A stretch of 62,409 nucleotides of DNA, filler included, from Choristocarpus tenellus KU-1152 (GCA_964200185.2; 10 parts of 10 records of this genome joined end to end with filler, not necessarily neighbours in it); one strand, 5' to 3'; counted from the whole stretch's first letter, positions 22,280-34,839 are shown. The notes: a model not told the origin generated them from the letters alone. Numbers and translations: made by a program.

Positions 22280-24540
22280 CTGTCCAAGCCAAACTGACTA
22301 TCAATCCTTCCAATCAAAACACCAGAGTCTAGCCTGATCCTTGCGCTTCTTGCCCGACCTGGGGCAACGATTCCTGAATTTTTCAAAGCACTTTGAGTTG
22401 CATCATCTTTGTTTGGTCTGATCAAGACCTAGTCACGTTTTTCCAATGCCCATCCACGGCTGGTGCTGCATGTCAATGCCTTGCATAGGTGGTCACCATG
22501 GAGATGATTCTTCTGCCTGTAGTATTGGAGGAGCAGTAGGTCGGATTTGTGCGCATCAGTTCTGTCAAAAGTGGAACCATACGTTGAATGCAGTCCCTAT
22601 GGGCTTCATCGTTTGAAACATTTTATTATTTATCCTGCATCGCAAATTATATTTACAAATTGAGTACAAGGATTATGTATCATCGATGTGTGGAATATTT
22701 TCGAGAACAGAAAGTCATGACACGCCCAAGGACAAGTGCATCCCATTTATGCTCAAGTCCAGATTCTGGACCTCGTGTCAATTTTATCCTCTTCAGGTCA
22801 AGCCATACATCCAAAGTATCTTTGTCCAAGAGACAAGATGCAGAGGCTTTACCGAACCCCCCTGCCTCATGCCTGCCTAGGGTCAAAGTATTGTGGGGGG
22901 GTGGCGGCTGTCCATTTGGGGTCAATTTTCTCATGTGGCGATTTTGGGTGATTTGGTTCCATACGTTGGATGGACAATGAAAGTGCACTTTTCCTGGTTT
23001 TGGTTCAAACAGACACTTTGGTGTAGACCCCCCCAGATACTTTGGGTCCTAGGCTACCCTAGTATCCTTAGCACACAATGCAACACCCCGTTTTCCCCCT
23101 TCTCTTATTTTTTTCCTCTGCCTATGTCATATGGTACATTCTTTATCTACCCTGTTTTTTTTCCTGGCATTGTCAAATGTCCCACGTCTTCCTTCCTAGT
23201 CCAGAACACATCGAAGCAGGGGATAGCACTTCCAGAGATGTAGTCTAGCCCTTAGCACCATCTCTTCTTCCCGACCAGAGATCTGTATGCCTCGTCTTTG
23301 CCTTGGTAACATACCACTCCCCTCTTGGTTCCCAGGACATACGATGGGTGCAGATATGACTGTAGGTTCAGATATGGTGCAAGACATAGATAAGAGAAAG
23401 TTCCACATGCAGAGAACCTTGAATACAGGCCGACTGGCGCCCAGGCACTTTCCCAGCTACACAGCCTTGAAGAGAGGCTGGGTAAGGCCTACATCGGCAA
23501 TTACTACACGAATAACGGGAGCATCGTTATCAGTAATGCCATGAGGCCTATCATTGAAAATAGTTCCAAGAGCATTCTAAAGCCCATCAAAGAGAAGGGT
23601 TTCCCAAACCAGTTCGCTATTTCAGTGATCCTCATAGAGGTACCTCTTCCCGGGAAGGAGTTGGACTTGGAGTGCCTTAACAACATTACTGTTCGAATGT
23701 GGGATGGATCATATTGAGTTACAGTTGTTAAATGCAATGACAGAGAAGACAAAACAAGCCTACCTCTGGCTGTGCCAGTGAAAGGTCCCTTGAAGAAATC
23801 AGTGGGCAGAGAAGATGTACTGGGGTAAATGTTAACTTATTATTTCTAGCCTCTCTGCCTGCCCCGTTATCCTAACCATATGGCGATTTTTGTCCTCTAC
23901 TTGTTATAACTTCAAAGCATTTCTCCTGGACTGTCACGCGCATGGCGGACTGATCACCATTAAAGATGGTCCCTTTGCACACCACCCTCACCAATGTCAT
24001 AGGCACGATTAAGGCTACTGGAACTCTTGCCCAGGAAACCACCATTGCAATAGATGAGTTTAGCAGTAGAACATGGCAGAGGTGTTGAGGGTGCAGTCGG
24101 GGAACACTAACCTAGTGGCGATCAAGCAAAGTTTTCAGGGTTTGACGTTTACTCTTTTTGACCTTCATTTCCTATATTGTGGTTGGCACGTGGCTGTGGT
24201 TCATCTTCCATCACCAGATGAGTATCATCTTACCATGTCCACAGCCGTTTCTCATCTGCTGCCACTCCTACCTTGTTCTTATACCGTTGTGTTCAAGAGT
24301 TTGGGCACTCCACCTTCCAGACCTGAATTGCAATTTTACCTCAATGTTAACAAGCATATCAACGAGGAAGTAATCTAGTTCTCTGAAAGAGCTTGTGCAT
24401 GAAGGCCATGAGCAGATCCAGATGGCTTCTACATCAAGCAACCTCTTGCAACACAACTCGCTACTTCTTCCGTGGTTTCGGATCTTCCTGCTGAGACCTG
24501 TGGACACTTTGGAGTTTTATGTCTCATGCGTTGATGGCTA
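22280..24540 (-). pseudogene. Degraded Mutator/MULE-like transposase
   Basis: Minus-strand PHGITDNDAPVIRVVI...KVLCMWNF (~23395-23550) fits the MULE 'ITD..A..I....LCxWH' core. An upstream W*WKMNHSH recalls the FAR1 HNH motif. Many stops. Confidence 0.5.
22880..23048 (+). mobile_element. MITE family 2, full copy; another end at 22242-22270
   Basis: TIRs GGGTCAAAGTATTGTGGGGG / CCCCCAGATACTTTGGGTC, TSD CTA. Confidence 0.88.
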
Positions 24541-24605
24541 ACTCAAATTAGTTGATTTTTTTTCTAGTCAATTATATTTCAACCGTAAATTCTTTCGGTT
24601 CACAA

Positions 24606-24831
24606 CACTTGTCAAAACAGTCCTGTTTGAAATTTTTGTTTAAGAAATCGCCCAGCTCGCCGTGTAAAACGGTGCTATCTAAGGTACCCACTACTACTGT
24701 AGTACCTGCTACTGTTGCAAGCAGAAAGAATGTGCGGCTAAGATTTTATCCACTAGAAAATTTTCAGTTAATTGGATTGAACTGTCAATGCATGTGGCAA
24801 TATGCTTGGGACGTGTGCAGTTTGACAAGTG
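24606..24831. mobile_element. Possible small TIR element with CACT...AGTG ends
   Basis: CACTTGTCAAAAC ... GTTTGACAAGTG. No clear TSD and only one copy. Confidence 0.3.
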
Positions 24832-25635
24832 ACATGTGCTGCTGTGAGACAAAAAGTTCCCACTTTGAATGGACCCCTCTAAAGACACAAAATGTTGTCG
24901 TACCCTCTTTCTTGCAAATTTTCGCATGATGTCCAGAGGCATGTTCTCCTATGAATTCTGAGACGGACTATTGCTCATCCGTGTGTTACTTTCAAGTAAG
25001 ACTGAATGAAGAATATGTGTCTGAGGGGTTGGCGGATGGATCTTCAAACTCTACTGACCCAAAATCTCACAGGTGTCAGACAGATCTGGAGCTGTGAATG
25101 CAGAGTGAGTTATGGGTAGTGACATATTGTGACCAATGTGCTAGACTCTGTGGTTCTGTGATATCTGAAACGCTAGTCACACTTCTGCTTGTAGTGTATT
25201 GAACTGAAGCTGATTGACCTATCACAGTTCACAATGCTATAAAACATGCCTTCCGGTACAAATTTGAGAATAATAGCGCCTGTACCAAGCCAAAATTGCA
25301 TGCCTTATTGGGCTTATTTTACCACACCTAAAATATTTAAGAATCTATATTGTAGTAAAAAAAAAATGCAGTAGTGGAGGGACGCAATATTTTATTTTTC
25401 TCCATTTGTTTACTCTTGCTTCTGTTGAGGTTTTCAAACTGAATCAATGTATTCTCCATCGGCGTAAGCTAGACAACAGCTAGCCAACACCTCTCACTTA
25501 ATGAGCAAACATATATGGCACACCTATGACCAGTCATCAGCAAACAGCAGACAGTCGAGTCCTAGAGAAATCGCAGGTAAGTGTCCAGACCACTCCAGGA
25601 GAATTAAAGCATGGCTAAGGTGAATAAACCCCTCA

Positions 25636-25928
25636 CAGGTTCACAGATTCACGCATCCAACCCTTTTTGGCCTTACCCCGTTAGGATCGCCAGTATGTGT
25701 ATCCAACTTCTCTTACTTAGCCTTGGATCGTTAAGGTCGTGAACATGTGGGTTCAACCTTGACATGATAAGGTCGTGGACATATGCGTTCGACCTTCCCC
25801 CCTTGGCCTTGGCTCAGTAGGGTTGCAAACATGTGCATTCAATCGCCCAAAATGCCAATGTTGCAGACGCGCACATCTAACCTTCAACCTCTGTGTCACT
25901 ACGGTCGCGAACATGCGCATCTAACCCT
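25636..25928. repeat. Array of seven ~28-bp imperfect palindromic repeats separated by 8-22-nt spacers
   Basis: Consensus about AAGGTCGCGAACATGCGCATCYAACCTT, at ~25636, 25683, 25733, 25769, 25819, 25857 and 25901. Confidence 0.7.
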
Positions 25929-26275
25929 GACTTTCCCATCTGTCCCCTTCCCCTTATTACGGTATGCGTGAGATATGTCCTCTTTCAGAGAGCAGTGGGT
26001 CAATAATACGATTGACTTCGACCCCCCGCCCACCACTCGTCCCCCTGTCTCCTCCCTCCAAATCTGATACATACTCCATCCATAATGAATCATCGGCATC
26101 ACCATCCAGATCTTTTGTGTCCCTTTTTGTGGTTTTAGCGCAATATAGTAGATACAGTCTATCTCCACAATGCACTTACTAACTGGTGGGTCTGAGTCAA
26201 ATTTCGTGTGAGGAAAATCTTATGGGAGGAGAGTAGTAGTGTGGTCGTAGTTCAACACACTAATTATATTTACAA

Positions 26276-26417
26276 TAATAACGACGTATGTATAGTTTTC
26301 ATTGTTTTCCCCACTGACACATCTGTAAAATATCAGAGGGCATAATAATAATATATTTTGCAGATGTGTCAGGGGGGAAACCAATGAAAACTATATAATA
26401 TATGTATGTCGTTGTTA
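26276..26417. repeat. Fold-back inverted repeat (~55-bp arms, ~20-nt loop)
   Basis: tatagttttcattgttttccccactgacacatctgtaaaatat pairs with atattttgcagatgtgtcaggggggaaaccaatgaaaactata. Confidence 0.85.
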
Positions 26418-27139
26418 GCCCTAAGGAAATATAATATCCTAAACATAAGAACACTATAAAACATTGTAAGTGTGGAAACCACTAATCAGTTAGTTACTTC
26501 ACCACTATCAAATATTGTACTACTGTCTTCCTTATCTTCCCATCTAACTATTCCTGTGCCCCAGGGGGGGAGCTAAGGAAGNNNNNNNNNNNNNNNNNNN
26601 NNNNNNNNNNNNNNNNNNNNNNNNNTTAATTAATTAANNNNNNNNNNNNNNNNNNNNNNNNNNNNNNNNNNNNNNNNNNNNTGTGTTTCAGAAAGAGCAA
26701 ATGTATACTCAAACTAGGCCAGGGGCAATCTGACTCTAATGGTATTCTGTGACCCTTGGGAAAATTTTCCCAGGTTAAACACGGATATTTGTTGACCTGT
26801 TTTGGGGCTAGTTGGAGTTACATGTTTTAAAATAAAAGTACATACTCTTATCTGGTCAGACATATATTGATCTTGACCGTGCCTTATGACCTTTGGGGAT
26901 CCGTTCTGAAAGGAAACGAGGGGATTGTTGATCATTTTTGGAATACATGGGTTAATTTGGAACTGGAGTCCCTCTGTTGGAGACAACCAGGAGAGTCGGA
27001 ACTGGAGTACCTATGTTGGAAACAACTAGCAGAGTCGGAACTGAAGCCCCTATATTACCTAAGGGCAATTATGCATGCCACCGCAGCATGATAAAAGGTG
27101 ATGGATATTTACTATCCAGATAATGATTATGACCTGTGG

Positions 27140-28334
27140 TAAGCATGAAACAGGTAGTCCCTGCATGGAACATAGGATAGCAGAAGTTGGAACCATGAAG
27201 TAACCCACAACAGAACAGATATCAATTTATATAAGATATTTTTTATTTTTTTCATTTTCATTTGTGTTTTTGAATGTTTTTTCTGTGTATCAGGTAACTG
27301 ACCACCTTTATTCCGTGGATTTGTTTTCCCCCTTTTATTTTATATTGTTCTTTCGTTTATTTTCGGATTTCTTTTGTATTTTTGTATTTTTGTATTTTTT
27401 CCATTTTTTTTTCTATCCCTTGCTTAATTTTTTTTTCTCTTTTATCCAAATAGGTACCTGATCCCCTTAATTCCTTGTTCTATCTTTCTTCAGTCTTTTA
27501 TTTATTTTATTTTTTATCGCTGATGTTGATGTTATTGCCTGTTTTACACACTAGCAGCCGTCAGTATGATTCGTGCTTGGGGGGCATGAGACAGGCAATA
27601 ATCAGATGATACTTGGCACCTTAGGGTAGCTGTACTTTAGAAAGAGTAAATGTATACTCTGATTAGGCTAGATACAGACAAATTTCTCCAAGTTGATAAC
27701 GATGTATGTTTTGGACATGTTAGGAGTCAGGTATTTTTTTCTTCGTTCTTTGTCGTTGCCACAGGATGATCTGAGGTGATTGATGATATCTATTGTCTTC
27801 ACCGGTGACAATTGCCTGTGGTAAGTGTGAAACATGTATTGCTAGTTCATGCTGGGGGTCATGTTATGGGCGAATAGGGTGAGCATTTCTTTCTGTGTGC
27901 CAAAATGCACAAACAGTATACATAATTAAGAATTCATATTATAAGAGGAACTTTGAATTGATAGAAGGTGCAGAGTAAGATTCGAAATGCAAACATAATC
28001 TTATAGAATAGATGTTAATTCCTGGAAGTTGCAGAATAAAGATTTATGATTGAAGTATCTACTTAGCATTTTCAGACTTTATTTAACTCTTTGGCTGTAG
28101 AAAAACGGTGAATGGTGTTAATAAAAGGCTGATGTAGACTACCACACCCTCAGTTCTTTTGATGTACCTCTTTTGATAAAGCGAAAAGCGAGACATTGAG
28201 TGAGCTTCAAGTGTACATCAAGCTGACACCATACGTGGTTATCATCTGTGGACCCCCCTCGTAGCGTCGTCTTAAGGTCGTTGGATTTGAGTTGTACATC
28301 CTGTGGAGGTGAGTTCTGAGGGGCGCCTGTAACA
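27140..28334 (+). mobile_element. 3' region, PPT and 3' LTR (27862-28334) of Gypsy copy A
   Basis: The G-rich tract gctgggggtca precedes an LTR running TGTTATGGGCGAATAGGG...GGGGCGCCTGTAACA. The region is homologous to the reverse complement of 28428-29600. Confidence 0.8.
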
Positions 28335-28427
28335 GTACAGTTGAGTAAGGGACCAAGGGACTCTCCTTGCTGTACCCCTGTTCTTGAAGACATTTTTTAA
28401 TCTTTCCCTCATCTAGTGGGAAAAGCA

Positions 28428-31400
28428 GATCACATGCACCCCTGAACTCACCTCCACACGATGTACAAATCCAAGGACCTTAAAACGACGCTATGGGGAC
28501 GTTGCCCTTGATAACAGTTTGTTGGGTGTCAGATAGCCTTTTCTCTCGATTCTTCACTCAGTGCTTAGCTCAAAGCTCGACTCAATGTTAAGTTCAAGAT
28601 AAAAAAGCTGATAAGGGGGGTAAAGGTGTTTTGACCTAGAGCCCTCTTATTATTTTCATCATCCACCCAATTTCTTTGATCTTCTATGCAACTGCTGTAT
28701 TCGTACTCCAATCATAAACCTTTATATACTGCAACTTCTTAGGAACTTTGACATTTTCTTCTGTAATGTTACGTATGCATTACGAATCTTACTCTGTATC
28801 TTCTACGAAATCAGCATATATTCTGTAAGGCTACCTATGTGTTACACTACTATTGTATATTGTTTGCACTTGTTAGAACATGCGAAATAATCCTTGCACT
28901 ATTCGTCTGTCACAAATGTTTGTGTCTGCTAAAGCATGAGAAGAAATACTCACCCTATTCGCCTGTAACATGCCCCCCAGCGTGAACTAGGTATACATGT
29001 TTCACGCTTATCACAGGCGATTGTTACCAGTAAAGACAATAGGTATCAGCAATCACCTCAGATCATCCTTTGGCAAGAAAAAAAAGAAACAGTAAAAAGA
29101 TACCGTACTCCTACTAGTTCCAAAACATCTATCCTTACCTTAGGGAAAATCTCTCTGCATCTAGCCTACCCTGAGGATATATTTACTCTCTCTAAAGTAC
29201 AGCTTCCCTAGAGTGCAAACTATCATCTGATTATTGCCTGTCTCATGCCCCCCAGCACGAAGCATACTGACGGCTGCTAGTGCGTAAACCAGGCAATTAC
29301 ATCAACGTCGGCCTCTAACAAAAAAAGGAAAGAAAAAGAAAAATAATAATAGAAAGGAGACAAGGGACAGAGGAGGGAGAACTTAAGCAATGTAGAGCAA
29401 AGTAAGGATGTATGGGGATACCAGGGCTGACAGAAAAAAAGAAAAAAAAAGAAAAAATATAAATAAAAAAGGAAAGAAAAGAGAAACAAAGTATCCTATA
29501 AAAACTTCTGCCTGGGCTGATATGGGTTACTTCATGTTTCTGACTTCTCCTGTCTTACATTCTGTGGGGACTAGGACTGTCAATGTTTGATTCCTGTGTT
29601 CATACATGAATCGGTTAGTAGTCACGTACCTTGCCTTCTGGATGTACAGTGGTTACCTGTTGGATCATTTTTGAGAGAAGCGACTCATTTTGCTTTTGTT
29701 CAATTCCTCCCAATCCCCATCATTAAAATGTACCCTCCAGTAAAGTGACTTGAAGTCAAAAACTGTACCTGTGTACCACTTATCCCTTCCCTTCTTGTCT
29801 TTCCATGGCTTCTTGACAGTGGTACCTGTTGGGAAAAGGCATAATGCATCCTCTCTAGACAAGGGTTTTCCTTGGCGAGAGGTGTCAGTAGGACGTGGGC
29901 TCATGTCTGGATCATAGAGGTCCCAGAGGGCATGGAACACATCTAACTGTAGTGGGGTGAAGCTATCCATAGCCTCTTTCTCGGTTACCCAATTTGACAA
30001 CTCTCCATTCTGATGCTTCCCCCGGTACTCCCAGTGCCATACATTGGATGGTGGAAATACTGCTTTTCTATCAGTGAGGGTGTACATAGGGGTTGCTACC
30101 ACTGATTGCTCTGTTAGACCCAGGTCCGATTCCCACACTAGTTGGGCATATTCTTCTTGGAAGCTATGTCTCAGATGGATGGGCCTTGTGTGGAAGGGTT
30201 TCATATAAGAAGCATGAACATTACGAGTGTGTGTTTGCCTGCCCAGTAGTTCGGCTGTCATGCTACTACTCTGATGTGAAATTTCCTTTACAGTCCATGG
30301 TCCCGTCCATCTTTCATGGACTACTAGCTTTCTGCCTACTCTTGTCTCACCTAGTTTTCCCCTATGGATAGAGCTCTCTGCTTCTTTCACTAGAACTAGG
30401 TCACCTGGTTTGGATCCGAGTCCTGGGGAAGACCTAGAAATCAAAACATTGGCTCTCGTCTAGCTATGTGTGGGGATCACGGCCAAACAAGGCTTGGAAG
30501 GGGGTGGGGGTTGAGGGGGTCAGATGGGTCTGGAGTAGTGCGTTGTGCCCAACATGCCGGAGGTACATACTCATCCCATCTATCTGGCCACTTCACACAT
30601 AGTTCCGACAGGACTTCTAAAAGCAGACCTCCCATCTTTTCCACTCCCCCTTGTCCTCTCGAGTTGCCAGTTGGTCCATAATTGATAGGGACCTTCAGCC
30701 AACGACAAAGGTGATTCATTATGTCTCCCGTGAACTCCTCTCCTGCATCACTACGAATTGACAGAGGGATCCCAAATGTGAGACATAATTCCACACATTT
30801 GTTGCTACTCCAGTTGCTTCCTTCGACGCCATTGGGAATGCAAAAGGGAACCTTGAAGCTCTATCAATCACAATTGATAGACACTTGTTGCCTTTTGCTG
30901 AGATGTGTTCCACATCTTGTAGATCCATCTCGAGTACATCCCATGGTTCCAGGAACTTGGCTGGCAGCATTGCCACTTGTGTGCTCCTAGTCCTCTTTCG
31001 TCTGTGACAGTCACGGGATAAAACATAATCCTGCGTGTCTTTGTGGAGTGAGGGCCAAAAGAAGTATCGATGGGTTAGGACAACTGTGCGTCCAACTAAC
31101 TCCCTGGTGGCTAGTCTGCAGGTGTACTAGTGGTATGATGTCTGAAACTAGTGAACGAGGGACTGCTATCCTAGGTGCATACTCTCCAGGGGTGTACCAG
31201 AGTAACTCCTTATCATCTAGGGAATATGGCTCCACATCTATACTCCCTTTTTCCCATTCGAGTGACGAATTCCAGTGTTCTTGGCCTTCGAGTACACCCC
31301 GTATGCTGCCCAAGAAGGGGTCCTTCTTCTGCCTCTCCACTAACTCCGGCACGTCTGACAGAGTAGCCATTGCTCTCTTGTGAGTGGGGTGGTGTTGAAC

Positions 31401-32917
31401 CATCTCACTCATTCGGACAGTTCTGTCACTACCCTTCTTGTTCTTTGGCCTTGATGTACTTTCGCGCCTTTTTTTGCATGGTGGCTTCTCTTGTCCTGCT
31501 GTTCCTTTTATTTCTACCCTGTCTTCAAGGGTAGGGTCTAAGGGTTGCCAACCAAACATGTTAGTGGCGTTAAGCGAGGGAAGGAGTTGCTGTGGGGTGT
31601 GTGTCGGGTCTACACTAAGCATCTTATCTGGGGCCATCCAACCAGAGGGAGGTATAGACACTGGTAGACCTTGATCCTGGGGCCTACTGAGTGGTAGCCA
31701 ATCTCCAACTCCTAAGTTTCGACTATCAGGTTCCGTGCGGCAATCTTGCAGTGTTGACAGTATTCCTGAGAATCTGGTATCAACTGTTCCCTGAAGTAAC
31801 ATATGTGCCACCCCTAGACTCGGTTCATCATGTGAGGGAGGAGTCCACTCTAGTTCTGAATCTACCAATGCACAGAGAGAGCAAGGGGACATTGTGGGGT
31901 GACCTGGGCTTAGGTCTGATGTACCTAAATCCTGCAAACATACACCATCTAAGACAGTTCCTCACGGTCCAGCGTAGCTCTTGCTATAAGCTACTGACAG
32001 ATACTGACAGATCATCAGGAAAAGAATCGTTGATATCCAAACCTGATGTTGTTGGTGAGGAGAGTTGTGACAGTCCATCTGGTAGGTGGTGCGTCGAACC
32101 TCCTCGCCACTTCAGTTCTATATCGTGGTCCATAAGGCGGAGGGCCCACCTTTGGAGCTTGGGGCTAAGTTCAAGGCTCTTGAAGAGCCAAGTCAGTGAT
32201 GAGCAGTCAGTGACTAGGGTGAATTTCCTACCCCAAATGTAGGAGCGGAAGTGTTCTACAGCCCTCAAGACAGCCATGCATTCTCTTTCAGTGGATGCTC
32301 TCTCCTACTGTCTGTTTTAGACCATCTATGGCCAGCATATGCTATGACATGTTCTTGGTCATCATCCTGTACCTGGGTCAGCGTTTCTCCATCCCCTTCC
32401 TCACTCGCATCTGTATGGAGGAGGAACAGCTTATCCCAGTCAGGAAAGACTAGGATTGGTGGAGAAACCAGACGCACCTTAAGTTCTTCAAAAGGCCTTC
32501 TGCTCCTCTGATCCCCAAGGGATACTCTTCTTCCTGTCTCTTTTGGAAGCATACCCTTTATTCCGGAGGATGTCAACCAGTGCTGCAGCTACTTGGCCAT
32601 AGTTCGGAACAACTGTCACATGTATCCTGTCATGCCTAGGAAACTTCTTAACTGCTCAACTGTAGACAGGGGATCAAGTTTTGCTACTGCTATCATTTTT
32701 GATGGAGCAGGGCTCAAGCCATCTTTGCCTACCTTCATTCCTACGAATTCCTGTGAGGGCATGCACCACGAGGATTTGGGAAAGTTCACAGACAGACCGT
32801 ATTGCTTGAGTTTGGTCAGAAGGAGGCGAAGTTTGTTCATGTGCTCATCAAATGATGAACTATAGCAAAAAGATCGTCTAGCCAGTTTTCTACACCGTTT
32901 CCTTTGAGATCTCCTAA
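28428..32917 (-). mobile_element. Degenerate Ty3/Gypsy LTR retrotransposon copy B (RT-RNaseH-integrase; 3' LTR ~28970-28428)
   Basis: RT thumb (LKQYGLSVNFPKS, QLRSFLGMTGY), RNase H (FLLHTDASEEG, FTLVTDCSSLTW, KLQRWALRL) and integrase (LEMDLQD, IRSDAGEEF, GQGGVEK, RWTGPWTV) occur in Gypsy order. PPT ctggggggca is followed by LTR TGTTACAGGCG. Frameshifts throughout. Confidence 0.93.
29665..30444 (-). pseudogene. Gypsy integrase C-terminus with GPW motif, chromo-like segment and terminal Tudor-like domain
   Basis: WTGPWTV; YTLTDRK..WEYRGKHQNGELSNWVTEKE; GTTVKKPW..WYTGTVFDFKSLYWRVHFNDGDWEELN. Confidence 0.7.
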
Positions 32918-32988
32918 GAACAGGGGATCCTCAAAATTGAGGAAGGCGCGGGACTATGAGGATGGTTGTTTTGCGAAAACGGTCTTTA
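32918..32988 (+). mobile_element. End of a hAT-like non-autonomous element interrupting the Gypsy RT; the same end occurs inverted at 59118-59182
   Basis: (GAA)CAGGGGATCCTCAAAATTGAGGAAGGCGCGGGACTATGAGGATG is shared by two contig ends. Confidence 0.65.
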
Positions 32989-33695
32989 NNNNNNNNNNNN
33001 NNNNNNNNNNNNNNNNNNNNNNNNNNNNNNNNTTAATTAATTAANNNNNNNNNNNNNNNNNNNNNNNNNNNNNNNNNNNNNNNNNNNNCCGACACCCCCC
33101 CCCCCCCCAGATACTTTGACCCAGGTCATTGGAACGGTACAACACTGTACATTTACTTGCTAATGCTAAAGTAAACCTAACATATACCGTTTAATAGTTT
33201 CCTTAGTCGTACTTTAACCGAAACTGAATTATATAATGAATACTATAAAGCGTAATGTTTGCTTTCAAACAGTAGTAGTATATATGAATAAATTACCAAC
33301 CTTGAAGGGAGTGCTGTAGTTTAGTTGGTATTCCTATCGTAAAGAGACGTTGGAAAGGTATCTTTTCATTTACGACAACTGTTACTTTTACAGGGATCCT
33401 TGTGATAGTGGTTTAACTTTTCCCCTAACACATCTCCAAAACATCAAAGGGCATCATAATATATGTATATTTCCTTTGAAGTAAAAAAATAGTACTGCAT
33501 ATTCTTGGGAGGTGATCATCCCACACCTCACCCATCGCTACAACGACACGATTAGAAAAAACAAGAGAACTAATAATACGGAAAAAAAACTCTGTCTTGT
33601 GGACAAGGAGAAAGAAAGGAGAAAGAAAGAGACTCGAGATTAGGAAAGGAAGTCAAACTGTAAGTAAAAAAACGTAGAAAGATGAAGTAGTAGCT

Positions 33696-33875
33696 GGCTC
33701 GAAGTATCTGAGGGAGGGTAGCGGCTGTCCATTTGGGGTAAAAAAAAAATGTCGCGATGTTTTAGTGATTTGGTTGCATACGTTGGATAGATTATGTAAA
33801 TGCACTTTTCCTGATTTTGGTCCAAACGGACACCCTGGTGTAGCCACCCTCCCCCCCACACAGATACTTTGGGTC
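33696..33875 (+). mobile_element. MITE family 2 copy; another end at 33089-33122
   Basis: GGCTCGAAGTATCTGAGGG...CAGATACTTTGGGTC, with interior homologous to 22880-23048. Confidence 0.85.
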
Positions 33876-34029
33876 AGTTGGAATCAGGCAAGAAGGAGTT
33901 GGTGTCTAAACCCTGATCTAGATGGTCTATTAGTACTAACTACCATATCTGGTATGTTCATCTCATGCGGAGTGGTGTTAGCGACCGAAGGTAGGTGAGA
34001 ATAAAAATAACTAAAATAATTGGTTAATT

Positions 34030-34640
34030 AATATTTCTGAAGACTGAATTTTTCGTGAGTAAAACAAAAAGGGGAGTCAATAAAGTGCGGTCTGAAGATA
34101 TTGAAGTTGGAAGTTGAAGTGGCTGGTATGTTGTATTTTGAATGAGTTATGAACGTTGAGTTCTTGGTGGTGAAGGGGCTCGAAAAGGGACGTGTTTTTA
34201 GAAGAGAAGGAACGGTCTCCAAACCCTTTGACCAACAAGAAATCTTCAGCAAACGGGATAAAAATGTATTCAACAAGGAAATCAATTAATCCATCCGATG
34301 GAAAAATAATGCTCTTCCTTTCTGTAATTTTTCTTCCCCTCATCTCTGACGATATTCACGCTTCTTCCATTTTTGCAACCTCTTCTTTCCTCTTACATGT
34401 ATGAAGTTCTCTATCTTTCCGTTCTCAATTTTATTGTCTTTTGGTGTGAAGATGTTGGATGTATTAATGTTATCAGTTTGCTACTTCCTTCCCTTCATGA
34501 ACATTTCATCGACAATATGTTGGAGATCATCATTGCTTCATCCATCAAACTTACTCGGGAAATTTATCAAAACACTCCGTCATATGATAATATTTCATCA
34601 CATATAAGTCTGGGTAATGCCACACTTGTAGTCGAATAGG
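34030..34640 (-). pseudogene. Possible degraded hAT-like transposase fragment
   Basis: IIFPSDGLIDFLVEYIFIPFAED..KNTSLFEP..FKIQHTSHFNFQLQYLQTAL loosely recalls algal/oomycete hAT-like transposases. Confidence 0.25.
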
Positions 34641-34839
34641 TAGTTCAAAGAAGGCACTACACAGTGGTGGAGAAAAGGGGAAAATGACCATAAAAGGAAA
34701 AAAAAAATGGAGAAAAAGATATGGAAATATAATGACCCGAAAGAGAATTATCATGACGCAAGAGAATCACCCTCCCAGAAAAGCAGCATTCAATAGACAG
34801 AGATGGTCGTGGTGGTGTGTGGTAGTGGGTTGGGCAACC

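Noticed and set aside
25636-25928. CRISPR array
   Set aside because: The repeats are too divergent, the spacers are 8-22 nt and partly similar to each other, there are no cas genes, and the context is eukaryotic.
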